Assembly: GCA_001820875.1 (NCBI GenBank)
Contig: MHRF01000013.1
Location: forward strand, 9,992 to 73,991
Origin: Candidatus Taylorbacteria bacterium RIFCSPHIGHO2_01_FULL_46_22b
GTDB lineage: Bacteria; Patescibacteriota; Minisyncoccia; Phycocordibacterales; DSPV01
Reading direction: 5' to 3'
Length of the DNA: 64,000 bases
A program made the translations under genes and the position numbers. Shown piece by piece: positions 28,953-39,074 of this stretch (positions are counted from its first letter, which is position 1; every line of letters starts with the position of its first letter). A model generated the notes under the pieces. That model saw only the letters and a program-made list of their open reading frames with translations. It searched no databases and was not told the DNA's origin.

Positions 28953-29369
28953 TCAGGGCCATTGGGCGGTTCCAGAGATCCAATCATCCTTGCGAGCAAG
29001 TGTAGCTTCTTCGCGCTTCCGAGCGCGGATTTCCGACGCAATTGCTTCGGCAAACAACTGGCTCATGCTGCCCGAGTACCCTCCCTCTGCGAGCGTAAGA
29101 CGGTAGTGTTTTATGATGTGATCGCAAGTTGCACAATGGTTCTGTGCACGATCGCAACCGGCTGGATCGAGAATCAAACGGATGGAACGACGTAGTTCCC
29201 ACATTCTTTCGTCTCGTTTTCCTACGAAACAAACTGAGATGAACTGTGTGTAGATCGGGTAAAAGATTTTGAATCGAAGAAACTGGACACTTCGGACACC
29301 AAGGTTGAGCAAGGTTTTCATGGGTTTGGAAAATGAACGAGGTTGGTTTGGTCGTTCCAATAAAGACAT
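28953..29369 (-). CDS. Hypothetical protein
   Basis: Fills the gap between rpsI and the terminator hairpin at about 28905-28935; no motif. Confidence 0.4.
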   Translation of the reverse strand: MSLLERPNQPRSFSKPMKTLLNLGVRSVQFLRFKIFYPIYTQFISVCFVGKRDERMWELRRSIRLILDPAGCDRAQNHCATCDHIIKHYRLTLAEGGYSGSMSQLFAEAIASEIRARKREEATLARKDDWISGTAQWP

Positions 29370-29429
29370 TGCAACAAAAGAGAGGGTATGTAAACCCTCT
29401 CTTTTGTTTCTGAGATTTTTTGGTATAAG

Positions 29430-29840
29430 CTAGCGTTTCGACCACTGCGGGGCTTTACGCGCTTTCTTGAGTCCAAATTTACGGCGTTCTTTTGCACGGG
29501 AATCACGTTTCAAATACCCGTCTTTTTTTAGTGTCGCACGAAGTTCAATGTCATGAATGATGAGTGCCCGTGCAATTGCATGTCGAAGTGCAATTGCTTG
29601 TGAAGAAATACCTCCACCCGAGATTCGTACGGTCGCTTTGAATTTCGGCTGTGGATCAAGTTTTCGAAAAGGAGCAAGGACAGTAGCGCGAAGGAATTCG
29701 GTTGGAAAATATACTTCAAATTCACGGTCATTTATCGTAAACGACTGCTTTGCAGCAGGAGTCATACGAAGCGTTGCAATCGAAGTCTTTCGTCTTCCGA
29801 TAGTTTTGATATAGCGATCTGATTTGGTAGCTAGGGTCAT
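29430..29840 (-). CDS. rpsI: 30S ribosomal protein S9
   Basis: GRRKTS, GGGISSQA, ERRKFGLKKARKAPQWSKR. Confidence 0.97.
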   Translation of the reverse strand: MTLATKSDRYIKTIGRRKTSIATLRMTPAAKQSFTINDREFEVYFPTEFLRATVLAPFRKLDPQPKFKATVRISGGGISSQAIALRHAIARALIIHDIELRATLKKDGYLKRDSRAKERRKFGLKKARKAPQWSKR

Positions 29841-29842
29841 GT

Positions 29843-30190
29843 TTATTCTTTTACAATAAGATGTTTGATCATTTTTGCGCGCAGTCGGTTGGTAGGAAGC
29901 ATTCCGTATACCGCCTTGCGGAACAACTCGCTATACCCTTTCTTTTCGACTACCTGTGACGCGGTTAGCACTTTGCGACCGCCGGCATAACCCGAGTAGT
30001 TATCGTACTCTTTTGTGCTCAATTTTTTCTCGGAAATGTCGATTTTTGATGCATTTTCAATAACCACGGTGACTTCAGGAATCGTGTTGCGTGCAAAATC
30101 AGCGCGATCTTTCCCCATGATGATCTTAGCTGCTTCACTTGCAATTCTGCCAAGCCGTTTATTTGTTGCGTCAATTACGTGGTTTTTCAT
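29843..30190 (-). CDS. rplM: 50S ribosomal protein L13 (short form)
   Basis: VIDAT..LGRIAS, YSGYAGG, AVYGMLP; start at MKNHV. Confidence 0.95.
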   Translation of the reverse strand: MKNHVIDATNKRLGRIASEAAKIIMGKDRADFARNTIPEVTVVIENASKIDISEKKLSTKEYDNYSGYAGGRKVLTASQVVEKKGYSELFRKAVYGMLPTNRLRAKMIKHLIVKE

Positions 30191-30194
30191 ACAA

Positions 30195-30545
30195 TTATAC
30201 GAATTCAATAATAGCTTGTGAGCTGCCATCTTTGCGCATTTTTCCAAGTTTTGCAATACGAGTATATCCGCCTTGGCGATCCTTATATTTAGGTGCAATA
30301 GTGTTGATCAAATGTGCTGTTCCGCGGACACTGCCAATTCGCGATTGCAACAAGCGACGACTCTGGAGCGTTGGTGTCTTTGCACGGGTCAGCAATCGTT
30401 CAATAAACGGCCGTAATTCTCGAGCTTTGGTAATTGTGGTCTGGATTCTTCCATGAACAATAAGCGAGAGCACCAAAGAGCGCATCAAAGCATTTCGCTG
30501 ATTGCGTTCGCGTCCGAATTTTCTGTTTACTTTGTGGTGTCTCAT
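30195..30545 (-). CDS. rplQ: 50S ribosomal protein L17
   Basis: MRHHKVNRKFGR, IQTTITKA, GGYTRI. Confidence 0.97.
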   Translation of the reverse strand: MRHHKVNRKFGRERNQRNALMRSLVLSLIVHGRIQTTITKARELRPFIERLLTRAKTPTLQSRRLLQSRIGSVRGTAHLINTIAPKYKDRQGGYTRIAKLGKMRKDGSSQAIIEFV

Positions 30546-30561
30546 ACAATGATGTTAAAAA

Positions 30562-31536
30562 TTACTCTCTCAATGAAAGGTTGATTGCACTAAGTGCTTT
30601 CTTGATCTCCTGCACTCCTTTATTCCCCAATCCATCTATATCAAGGATATCTTCTTCACGTTTTCGCACCAAACCGCCCACAGTTCTGATGTTTGCAGCA
30701 GTCAGCGCATGCATAGTGCGCTGAGAAAGATCGAGTGTTTCAACGCGAGTCTTGAGAATTTCAGGGTCTGTTTCTTTTGAAATTTTCTTTTCAGACATAT
30801 CTTCTTTGACCGCAACTGGTTCCGGAGCAACTTCGAGGACTTCCTCTTTAAATCCGATGATGGCTTTAAGCTGATTGACCATAATCTCAATAGATTTTGA
30901 GAGGGCTTCATGCGGAGTGATAGTTCCATCCGTCTCAATATGCAATTTCATGCGGTTGAAATCTGTTCGGTTTCCCACGCGCATGTTCTCCACTTCGTAA
31001 TTGACTCGGCGAATCGGAGTAAATGCAGCATCAAGCGAAATATTACCAATTTCCACTCGATCTTTCTGAAGAGTTTCTTTTGACATATAACCCAGACCGC
31101 GTTCAACAGTCATCTCAACTGCAAGCTCCTTCCCTTTTGCAGTAACTGATGCAAGGTGAAGTTTTGGATTGAGCACTTTTACTTGTCCGGGAACATCAAG
31201 GTCTCCCGCAGACGCATCTGCAGGACCTTTAACCTTCAAGCTAATCTTTTGAGGTTCATCGGTAGTCATCTGCAAACGAACTTTTTTAAGATTGAGAATC
31301 AAGGTAACCACATCCTCCTTAACACCTTCAATTGTAGAAAATTCATGATTAATACCGTCAATTTTGATAGAGGTGATCGCTGCTCCCGGAAGTGAGGAGA
31401 GGATAATCCGGCGCAACGAATTTCCAAGCGTGTGTCCATAGCCTGGGTAGAGATTATCTATCTCGTAGACACCTACAAAATCGTCTTCAGAGACGATGCG
31501 AGGTTTTGACGGTAACATGATGCTATAGTCGGCCAT
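30562..31536 (-). CDS. rpoA: RNA polymerase alpha subunit
   Basis: GYGHTLGNSLRRIILSSLPG, HEFSTIEGVKED, alpha-CTD. Confidence 0.98.
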   Translation of the reverse strand: MADYSIMLPSKPRIVSEDDFVGVYEIDNLYPGYGHTLGNSLRRIILSSLPGAAITSIKIDGINHEFSTIEGVKEDVVTLILNLKKVRLQMTTDEPQKISLKVKGPADASAGDLDVPGQVKVLNPKLHLASVTAKGKELAVEMTVERGLGYMSKETLQKDRVEIGNISLDAAFTPIRRVNYEVENMRVGNRTDFNRMKLHIETDGTITPHEALSKSIEIMVNQLKAIIGFKEEVLEVAPEPVAVKEDMSEKKISKETDPEILKTRVETLDLSQRTMHALTAANIRTVGGLVRKREEDILDIDGLGNKGVQEIKKALSAINLSLRE

Positions 31537-31577
31537 GATATAGAATTATTAAAAAATAAAGAGACTAAAATAAGACT

Positions 31578-32186
31578 TTAACGCTTATAAAATTCGAGGA
31601 CTGTAGTAAAATCGAGCCCCGAACCAGCTTCAAGTTTCGGCGTCCCTGTCACTGTCCCCTGCTTCTTGATCGGATCAAGAGATAACCAGTTGGGAACAGA
31701 TAATGCCGGAAGTTTTTCATCGAGTTTGTCGAAAATCTTCTTTTTTGAGCTCCCCGGACGGATACTCACCACATCCCCCTCTTCAAGACGACAAGAAGGG
31801 ATGTCAACTCGGCGACCATTTACACACAGGTGTCCATGATTGACGATTTGGCGCACGCCAAGGCGTGTTGGTCCGAGTCCAAGTCGGTACGCAACGCTGT
31901 CGAGACGACGTTCAAGTGTCTCATAGAGTCTCTCGTCTTGTTTGATACCTTTTTTTGAGAGAATTTGTTGAACATATTTCTTAAGCTGGCGCTCGTTGAT
32001 CAAATAGGTATAACGAACTTTCTGTTTTTCAAGCAATTGTCGGCCGAAATCAGTTAGGGTTTTTGGATGCTTACGTGATCGCTCTCCACGGCGCCCCATA
32101 GACAATGCAAATTTCTGCGTCTGTGTTTTCTCAAACACAGGTACTCCTAGACGACGGGCGATTTTGTATTTTGACTTAATTAACAT
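31578..32186 (-). CDS. rpsD: 30S ribosomal protein S4
   Basis: LLEKQKVR, LERRLDSVAYRLG, RQIVNHGH, EFYKR. Confidence 0.97.
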   Translation of the reverse strand: MLIKSKYKIARRLGVPVFEKTQTQKFALSMGRRGERSRKHPKTLTDFGRQLLEKQKVRYTYLINERQLKKYVQQILSKKGIKQDERLYETLERRLDSVAYRLGLGPTRLGVRQIVNHGHLCVNGRRVDIPSCRLEEGDVVSIRPGSSKKKIFDKLDEKLPALSVPNWLSLDPIKKQGTVTGTPKLEAGSGLDFTTVLEFYKR

Positions 32187-32194
32187 GGTAGATT

Positions 32195-32623
32195 TTAAAC
32201 CCTTCGAGGACGTTTTGGGCGGGGTCCATTATAAGGAACTGGAGTCACATCTTTGATACTTGCAAGAGAAATGCCACGAGAAATGATGCTACGGATAGAT
32301 GATTCTCGTCCAGGACCAATGCCTTTTACCACCACCTGCACTTCTTTTACTCCCATCGCTGTAGCGCGTTCCGCGATAACTTCACCGACTTTTGCCGCTG
32401 CAAAGGGAGTTCCCTTCCGAGCACCTTTAAATCCAAGTGCTCCACTTGAAGACCATGTCAATACGTTTCCTTTTTCATCCGAAAGAGTCAAGCGGGTATT
32501 ATTATATGAAGAATCAACATACACCACTGCGCTGGCAATATGACGTTTAAGCGAGCGTGATGCTCCTGCATCAGCTTTGCTATCTCCTGTCCCATCTTGT
32601 TTTGCGACTCGTTTCTTTCCCAT
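32195..32623 (-). CDS. rpsK: 30S ribosomal protein S11
   Basis: SYNNT, GFKGARKGTPFAA, GPGRES, DVTPVPYNG. Confidence 0.97.
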   Translation of the reverse strand: MGKKRVAKQDGTGDSKADAGASRSLKRHIASAVVYVDSSYNNTRLTLSDEKGNVLTWSSSGALGFKGARKGTPFAAAKVGEVIAERATAMGVKEVQVVVKGIGPGRESSIRSIISRGISLASIKDVTPVPYNGPRPKRPRRV

Positions 32624-32629
32624 AATAAA

Positions 32630-33010
32630 TTATTTCTTATCGAGCTTTCTACGTCCAGTGCCCATCGTCTTTCGCACATTTCCACGGCGAGTACGTGAAT
32701 TGGTCTTGGTTCGCTGTCCCCGTGATGGAAGACCTCGCGCATGTCTACTTCCTCGGTATGTCTTTATGTCCTTCAGCCGTTTGATATTTCCAGCCACAAT
32801 TCGTTTTAAATCTCCCTCAATCTTAAATGCGTCAATAAGTTTGCGGAGCTCATTTTCTTCAGCAGGTGAAAGTTCTTTTGCTTTCTTTCCATTATCAATT
32901 TTTGCTTTATACAAAATATACTGTGCGCGCGAACGCCCAATACCATAGATAGCAGTCAATGCGATCTCCATTCTCTTATTTTCCGGCAATGTAATACCTG
33001 CAATACGCAT
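32630..33010 (-). CDS. rpsM: 30S ribosomal protein S13
   Basis: [31 protein letters not shown]. Confidence 0.97.
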   Translation of the reverse strand: MRIAGITLPENKRMEIALTAIYGIGRSRAQYILYKAKIDNGKKAKELSPAEENELRKLIDAFKIEGDLKRIVAGNIKRLKDIKTYRGSRHARGLPSRGQRTKTNSRTRRGNVRKTMGTGRRKLDKK

Positions 33011-33023
33011 GTCGTTATATAAA

Positions 33024-33140
33024 TTAACCCTGACGCTGCTTATGACGCGCATCAGAAGTGCAGACAACATACAAGTGGCCGCTTCTGCGAACCACTCGGC
33101 AGTTCTTGCACAATTTTTTTACTGAAGCCCGTACACGCAT
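33024..33140 (-). CDS. rpmJ: 50S ribosomal protein L36 (Zn-ribbon form)
   Basis: Manual translation [38 protein letters not shown]; absent from the ORF track. Confidence 0.96.
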   Translation of the reverse strand: MRVRASVKKLCKNCRVVRRSGHLYVVCTSDARHKQRQG

Positions 33141-33181
33141 AAAATAAGACCTGTTAGTAAGTTAAAAACAAAAAAGAAAGG

Positions 33182-33397
33182 CTAGCTCCTCTTTATAATG
33201 CGTCCTTTACCACCATACGGATCAAGCTTAACGACAACACTGTCGCCGACAAGTACTCGAATCCTATGTAACCGCATCTTGCCTGCAAGATATGCCAACA
33301 TTTCCTCTCCTTCTTGAGTAGTCACTCTAAAGAGGGTGTTGGGCAAAGCTTCAGTTACAACACCGGTTACGGTGTCTTTTTCGTTTTCAATTCCCAT
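33182..33397 (-). CDS. infA: Translation initiation factor IF-1
   Basis: GVVTEALPNTLFRV, AYLAGKMR..RIRVLVGD. Confidence 0.96.
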   Translation of the reverse strand: MGIENEKDTVTGVVTEALPNTLFRVTTQEGEEMLAYLAGKMRLHRIRVLVGDSVVVKLDPYGGKGRIIKRS

Positions 33398-33436
33398 TCG
33401 TGAGGGAGAATAGCATACTAGCAGAACTTGGCATAT

Positions 33437-34723
33437 CTAGTCAAGTTTAAGCTTAATGTGTATCTTGTCGGGATTGCTCGGATAGGACTGGAGCCACATA
33501 GGTTTTAGGATTACTTCAGCTTGTTCTATTGCGCTGTATTTTTGCATTACACCATTGGTAGCTTGTTTAGGTTTCCCCTCAAGGTCTTCTTTTACCTTTT
33601 TCTCATCAAATTGCCATACAAAGTGTGCATTTCCTGAAACAGAGAGCGACAGGTTGCCGGCTTCCCATAAGGCTTTTTGAGTTGAGTTATGAGGAACAAG
33701 ATCTAAATCGGAAAGATTCTGAATAAGGATCCCTCCACCGGTATATTCAGAAAGCATCTTGTTCGCGACAGCTTCACTGAAAGCAAATGTGTCAAACGCA
33801 AGTGCGTGAACAACACCAAGAACACTGATTACCACCCCATCCCCGCTCGGGTTATCAACAGAATTGATAGAAAAATCAACACTGGAAAGATCTTGGGGTG
33901 CAACAACTGAAGTAGGAAGTGATGAATTAATTTTATTTTTGAGACTCTCGGCAAGATCCACTTTTAATTTATCGGTAATAGCAGAAAGAGTGACTTCATC
34001 AACTACTCTAGCTTTTCCTGAAAAACCTCCAACAATGTCGCTTTTGATCCGCCCATAAAATGCTTCATATCGCGGAGAGCCTTTAAAACCAGGGATGGTG
34101 AAGTCTCCTTTCAAATCAGCGACCTTCAAATTGTAATCCGTTCCGACTGCATCAGCATAGACAGTCACAGTGATGCTCCCAGGAACCTTAGAACCACTTT
34201 CAATTTTCTGCCCCGGAACAACCACTGAAGAATCGATTCGATAAATACGTCCGTCTGGAGCCTCAAATCGAGTATTTTTAATCAGTCGTTGGTCAGCGTT
34301 GGAAAAATTATTGTACACAACAATTTGTCCCGAAGCTTTTTTCTGGACATCCGCTTCTTTGTTGCTTGGCACCACCTCGGAAGCGCTTGATGTGGCAGTC
34401 AGAACAGTATAAGCGAGTACGGCGTTGGAAGGCATTGAAGAAATCGGCAAAGAAATATCTACGCTCGCAGTTATTTGTTTAGGAGTTATGGTTACCACCG
34501 CAGAAGAAAAAATATTGGAAACAAGGATCCCTGCTGCAGCAAGCACCAAAATAGAACCGACAATTATTCCCCATCTGAAAAATCTGCCGTTTTTCTTGCG
34601 GGGAGCACGTTTTTCGGACGGACGTTCCTCTTCGATTTCCACTTTTCTGCTACGAGGAAGCGGAATATGTCGTATGGATTTCCTTCCGGGTGGCATAATA
34701 TCTTGTAAGATTTTTTTTATCAT
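33437..34723 (-). CDS. Single-pass membrane protein with baseplate J/gp47-like extracellular region
   Basis: Basic N-terminus, TM, KASGQIVVYN...TRF..PDG..YR...VVVPG...GTDYN...GGFSG pattern. Confidence 0.65.
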   Translation of the reverse strand: MIKKILQDIMPPGRKSIRHIPLPRSRKVEIEEERPSEKRAPRKKNGRFFRWGIIVGSILVLAAAGILVSNIFSSAVVTITPKQITASVDISLPISSMPSNAVLAYTVLTATSSASEVVPSNKEADVQKKASGQIVVYNNFSNADQRLIKNTRFEAPDGRIYRIDSSVVVPGQKIESGSKVPGSITVTVYADAVGTDYNLKVADLKGDFTIPGFKGSPRYEAFYGRIKSDIVGGFSGKARVVDEVTLSAITDKLKVDLAESLKNKINSSLPTSVVAPQDLSSVDFSINSVDNPSGDGVVISVLGVVHALAFDTFAFSEAVANKMLSEYTGGGILIQNLSDLDLVPHNSTQKALWEAGNLSLSVSGNAHFVWQFDEKKVKEDLEGKPKQATNGVMQKYSAIEQAEVILKPMWLQSYPSNPDKIHIKLKLD

Positions 34724-34773
34724 CTTCAATTTCTCAAAGTATAGCATACCCACCCTTGACTGTATCAATACCA

Positions 34774-35958
34774 TCATTGTGCATGAGAAAGGTAGTGCAT
34801 GAGTACAACTTCTAGATTTCCTTGTACTTGAGAATCAGCAGTTAAGGTCTCTCCAAAAGAAGTACTCGAAAGTGGTGTCAGAGTATACTCACCACAAGAA
34901 TCAAGCCCCAGAGAAGGTATGGAGGTAAACAACATAATATCAAGCCAATCAAAAGATAAAATAAAAACGGACTTCGCCAGCGTAAACCGTTCGCTTAATT
35001 TTTGGCGGGCAAGTGTAAATTGCTTTGTCCACTCATTCCCCACTTCTTTGAGTGCCTCGCTAAATTTTCCTTCAGCGGTATTATGCAGTTTCTGATCTCG
35101 GTACAAAAGAGCATGGGAATGTGCGACAGTTCGAGTGGTGGAAAGTTTTTTAGCAATAGCTCCAAGGATGTGATCTGTCCCATAAGGAAAAAGTATCTGA
35201 CGGGTCGCGATTTTGTTTTCCACGCTATAGAGAGAAGACGCATGCGGAAAAATCGTACAAAGTAGAAAATTTTGAGGATGTGTTTGCGTCTGCGCAAGCA
35301 CATCAAGAACCGCATGTCTTACCGTCAAGTGAGAAAGTTCCGCATAATGAAAAAGAGAGTGTGCCACATCCATTAGTTTTTGTAGCATGTCAGCAGGTAC
35401 GGCCTCAAGAGACAGTTCGGCAGAGAAACTCTTATATGAACGCGATAAAAAATCAGAAACAGGGTACCCATCCAGCACTGCAAAAGAAAGTTTCTCTGTT
35501 ACCACCGCAAGCCGCGACACGCTCCCCCCAGTTGTCTCTTTAATATTTCGCCGATATCCAGCAGCAAAACGTTTTTTGGCTTCCAAGACTGCATTTTCGA
35601 GTGTTTTCGTGTCGAGTTCTGTCTGCTTGGGCGAATGAATAGAAATTTGCTCGTTTCCATATATCGCAAAAGGCGGGGTGTAGAAAAAAACAACACGGGA
35701 AACGGAGCTTTCAGAAACATTTTTCTGCAAAAATTTTTCGCCCTCATGTAACAATTGATAAACAGACGATGTGATCGCGGCATATAACTCTCGATCAGTG
35801 CCTTGCCAATTCTTGGAGAGAGCCTTTTCTTTGGAAAAGAGCGGTCTGGGCGCTTTACCTTCAAGTATTTCGAACACAAGAACTTTTACAAGTGTCTTGC
35901 ATAGCAATACATTAATAGTAACCGGACGTGTTTTTCCGCGAGAACTCAAAAACTTCAT
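34774..35958 (-). CDS. Divergent FtsA/actin-like protein
   Basis: FPYGTDHILGAIAKKL resembles the FtsA/PilM segment; canonical DxG phosphate loops not recognisable. Confidence 0.5.
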   Translation of the reverse strand: MKFLSSRGKTRPVTINVLLCKTLVKVLVFEILEGKAPRPLFSKEKALSKNWQGTDRELYAAITSSVYQLLHEGEKFLQKNVSESSVSRVVFFYTPPFAIYGNEQISIHSPKQTELDTKTLENAVLEAKKRFAAGYRRNIKETTGGSVSRLAVVTEKLSFAVLDGYPVSDFLSRSYKSFSAELSLEAVPADMLQKLMDVAHSLFHYAELSHLTVRHAVLDVLAQTQTHPQNFLLCTIFPHASSLYSVENKIATRQILFPYGTDHILGAIAKKLSTTRTVAHSHALLYRDQKLHNTAEGKFSEALKEVGNEWTKQFTLARQKLSERFTLAKSVFILSFDWLDIMLFTSIPSLGLDSCGEYTLTPLSSTSFGETLTADSQVQGNLEVVLMHYLSHAQ

Positions 35959-35983
35959 ATTCCTTTTAGTATAACATTACTCT

Positions 35984-37867
35984 CTACCCAAGCACCGCAC
36001 GTATGCGGCGAACACCCCGAGAAATCCCTTCTTCTTTTGAAATTTTAAAGTTTCCGCCAAGCTCGGAAGTATTGTTCACATGCGGCCCACCACAAATTTC
36101 TTGACTGAAAAAACCTTTTTCCAGAAAACCGATGCGATACACGCTAACTATTTCAGGATAGCGCTCTCCAAAAACCCCTACCACTCCTTGTTTTTGGGCT
36201 TCTGCATATGGCATGGTTGTCTTCTCGACGGGCAACGCCTCCGCAATCTTTTCGTTCACAATTCGCTCAACTTCCACAATTTGTTCAGAAGTAAGCTTGG
36301 TATCATTCGGAAAATCAAACCTAAGACGCTCCGGAGTGATATTGCTCCCTTTCTGATATACATGATTTCCAAGTACTTGACGCAGTGCTTGATTTAAAAG
36401 ATGAGTAGCTGTGTGATATTTGATGGACATATCCGATGTATCTGCCAGCCCACCTTTAAATTTCTTCTCCGAAGTATTCCGTGAAAGTTCTCTGTGCTTG
36501 TCTCTATGTGTCGCAAGTTCTGTAGTGTCTACAGTCAAACCTTGTTTGCGTGCAAGTTCAATACTTAATTCTTCGGGAAAACCGTAAGACTGGTAGAGAT
36601 TAAAAATGTCTTCGGCCTGCAACACACCTTTTGTAGCCACTTGGGTAAATTGCCGGACGCCAGCTTCAAGTGTCTTTAAAAACTTCTCCGCCTCAAGTAA
36701 TAGGTGTTTTACAACTTCTTCCTGCCCATCATCGATTTCCGGATAAAACCGCCCGTATGATTGTATATAAACATCAACAACTTCCTTAATCCACGCCGTA
36801 CCTTCTATCTGAAGCGCTCGTGCATTAAAAAGCGCGCGGCGCACCAAACGGCGCACGACATATCCGCGATCTTTGTTGCTCGGCTCGACACCGGCGGCAA
36901 TCATAAATGTGGCCGCGCGCAGATGGTCCGCAATAATGCGAAAAGGTCGCTTTTCTTCCTCGGTACTTGCCTTATATGAACGTTTGGAAATTCTTTCAAG
37001 TTTTTCCACGGCGCGTTTGAGCACATCAACTGCAAATATATCAGGGGAATTTAAGAGTGCTGCTCCAATACGCTCCAGTCCTCCACCAAAGTCGACATTT
37101 TTCTGCGGGAGTGATTTGAAACTACCATCGGCTGATTTCACATATTCCATAAAGACGCTGTTGCCGATCTCCAAGAATCGTCCGCAATCACAATTGGGAT
37201 GGCACTCGGCTCCAAATCTTGGATCATGCTTAATAGCAGTGAATTCATAAAACATCTCCGAATCAGGACCTCCGGGCTCGCCTGATGGCATTGCGTGTGG
37301 CGCGCCGGAACGCGACCACCAATTTTTTCGCGCGTCATAATAAAAAATTCTGCCACCCTGCATACCAGATCGTGAGGCTTCTTCAAGCGAACCGAGGTGC
37401 ACATCGTTCGCAATGATGCCCTTTGATTTGAATAATTCTTTCCAAATTAAAACTGAATCAGTATCTTTGGGAAGATTGAGTGTTTGGTCGCCGGCAAATA
37501 CAGTAACGTAAAGACGTTCGGGAGAAATTCCAAGATTATCCGTCAAAAAGGAGAAAAACCACGACAACTGTTCTCTCTTGAAATAATCCCCAAATGACCA
37601 GTTGCCAAGCATCTCAAAAAAAGTCGTATGCCGATTATCTCCAACTTCATCCATATCTTCGGCACGAAAACATTTTTGAGCATCGACAAGCCTCTTTCCT
37701 GCCGGATGCGGTGCTCCCAATAAAAACGGTATGATCGGTTGCATACCTGAACCCGTAAAAAGCGTCGTCGGATCATTTTCGGGCAACAAAGAAGCTGAAG
37801 GGATGATGGCATGTCCTTCGAGCTCAAAAAACTTTAAATATCGGTCTCGTAGCGTTTCTATGTCCAT
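35984..37867 (-). CDS. alaS: Alanine--tRNA ligase lacking the C-Ala domain
   Basis: LFTGSGMQ, HTTFFEMLGNWSFGDYFK, HTATHLL, CGGPHV; ends just after GVRRI at 627 aa. Confidence 0.96.
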   Translation of the reverse strand: MDIETLRDRYLKFFELEGHAIIPSASLLPENDPTTLFTGSGMQPIIPFLLGAPHPAGKRLVDAQKCFRAEDMDEVGDNRHTTFFEMLGNWSFGDYFKREQLSWFFSFLTDNLGISPERLYVTVFAGDQTLNLPKDTDSVLIWKELFKSKGIIANDVHLGSLEEASRSGMQGGRIFYYDARKNWWSRSGAPHAMPSGEPGGPDSEMFYEFTAIKHDPRFGAECHPNCDCGRFLEIGNSVFMEYVKSADGSFKSLPQKNVDFGGGLERIGAALLNSPDIFAVDVLKRAVEKLERISKRSYKASTEEEKRPFRIIADHLRAATFMIAAGVEPSNKDRGYVVRRLVRRALFNARALQIEGTAWIKEVVDVYIQSYGRFYPEIDDGQEEVVKHLLLEAEKFLKTLEAGVRQFTQVATKGVLQAEDIFNLYQSYGFPEELSIELARKQGLTVDTTELATHRDKHRELSRNTSEKKFKGGLADTSDMSIKYHTATHLLNQALRQVLGNHVYQKGSNITPERLRFDFPNDTKLTSEQIVEVERIVNEKIAEALPVEKTTMPYAEAQKQGVVGVFGERYPEIVSVYRIGFLEKGFFSQEICGGPHVNNTSELGGNFKISKEEGISRGVRRIRAVLG

Positions 37868-37879
37868 AGTTTAAGCTCA

Positions 37880-38173
37880 TTATACAACAAAACCCTCTCG
37901 TTTTAAGAGTGCTATTTTGCGCTCCCTGCCACGATTATATTCCCCAATTGAGCCATCGGAACAAATTACTCGGTGGCAGGGAATCGCCGGATTGAAATTC
38001 CTTTTGAGAATATTTCCTACTGCGCGATATGCTCGCGGAGATTTTGCACGGCGCGCGACTTCTCCATATGTCAGTACCTTCCCTTTCGGTATCAAAGCGA
38101 CCACGGTATATACCCGTTCTTTAAAAGAGTTTTTTATTTTCTTTCGAGTCATCAACAATTTCTTGTTTTTCAA
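37880..38173 (-). CDS. MGMT/Ogt family alkyltransferase (C-terminal domain only)
   Basis: IPKGKVLTYGEVA, RAVG, PCHRV. Confidence 0.9.
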   Translation of the reverse strand: MKNKKLLMTRKKIKNSFKERVYTVVALIPKGKVLTYGEVARRAKSPRAYRAVGNILKRNFNPAIPCHRVICSDGSIGEYNRGRERKIALLKREGFVV

Positions 38174-38984
38174 CTTTCACTGGTTTTTTAACAGATATTT
38201 TTGTTTTTGTTCCCACAAGCGCACGAAATGCCTTTCCTGCTTCTTCGCGATACGAACAAAAATCACAAGGTCCTCCGCCAAACGACGTCCCTGCTTCGGG
38301 TATTTTTCCCCCGACCAACGTCTTATGCAGATCAGTAATTGCTTTTTCAACCCAATCATCTTTACCTGTGTAAGCAATCAGTTTCACATCAAATTCAAGT
38401 TTGCCATCAAACGCTTCCGCATCAGAACGCCCATTTGCATACACAAAATAGCCCGTGTCAGAAACTTTAAAACCATTTTGCCTGAAAAGCCACTGATAAA
38501 TCTCAATTTGTCTTTTATATGAATCATACAGATCGTCAGTAGTGCTGGGTCCAATCTTTTTTGCAGTTGCTTTATAATCTACAATCACGAGTTCCTCATT
38601 TGGTTTTATCCACACATCATCGATACCCCCTCGAATAACAAGATTAGTAGGTTTGTGGTGATATTGAATACCTCGACGCAGGGCATCACGCCACTCCTCC
38701 ATCCGCACATCATTGAAAGGGATAGCGTCAACATCATATTTCTTTGCGAGCGGGTGTGGAGTGCCTGCAGTACGATGTACATCAAACTCACGCTTGAAGA
38801 GTTCGTCTACTGCGGTATTCAGAGTAAAGGATGGTCCTTGCGGACGTTTTACCCCAAGACGCGCATCCAGATAAAAACAGCGCGGACACTCCATAAATAG
38901 ATCGATTTTTGAACGGCTGATCTTGAACGGCTCGGAACTCTTAGGATCAAACGTCCGGCTCCACTTTTTTGCAAATGCGACCAT
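38121..38984 (-). CDS. PD-(D/E)XK nuclease (RecB/Cas4-like)
   Basis: SRSKIDLFMECPRCFY, GGIDD, IVDYKAT, QIEIY, C-terminal CDFC. Confidence 0.85.
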   Translation of the reverse strand: MVAFAKKWSRTFDPKSSEPFKISRSKIDLFMECPRCFYLDARLGVKRPQGPSFTLNTAVDELFKREFDVHRTAGTPHPLAKKYDVDAIPFNDVRMEEWRDALRRGIQYHHKPTNLVIRGGIDDVWIKPNEELVIVDYKATAKKIGPSTTDDLYDSYKRQIEIYQWLFRQNGFKVSDTGYFVYANGRSDAEAFDGKLEFDVKLIAYTGKDDWVEKAITDLHKTLVGGKIPEAGTSFGGGPCDFCSYREEAGKAFRALVGTKTKISVKKPVKVEKQEIVDDSKENKKLF

Positions 38985-39074
38985 GGCAAAAGTATACCAC
39001 CTCCTACTCTTTTCCTCCGTAAACGAAACGCCGCGGCCAGAGGCCGCGGCGGGAGAACCCTTCAGAAGTTTTGA

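Noticed and set aside
33437-34723. Prophage or contractile injection system suggested by the baseplate-J-like domain
   Set aside because: No other structural, terminase or integrase genes; the protein is membrane-anchored among housekeeping genes.
29843-37867. Short L13 and AlaRS lacking C-Ala as pseudogenes
   Set aside because: Frames and core motifs are intact; compact forms are expected in reduced genomes.
38121-38984. Cas4 of a CRISPR system
   Set aside because: No array or other cas genes in the window; treated as a solo PD-(D/E)XK nuclease.
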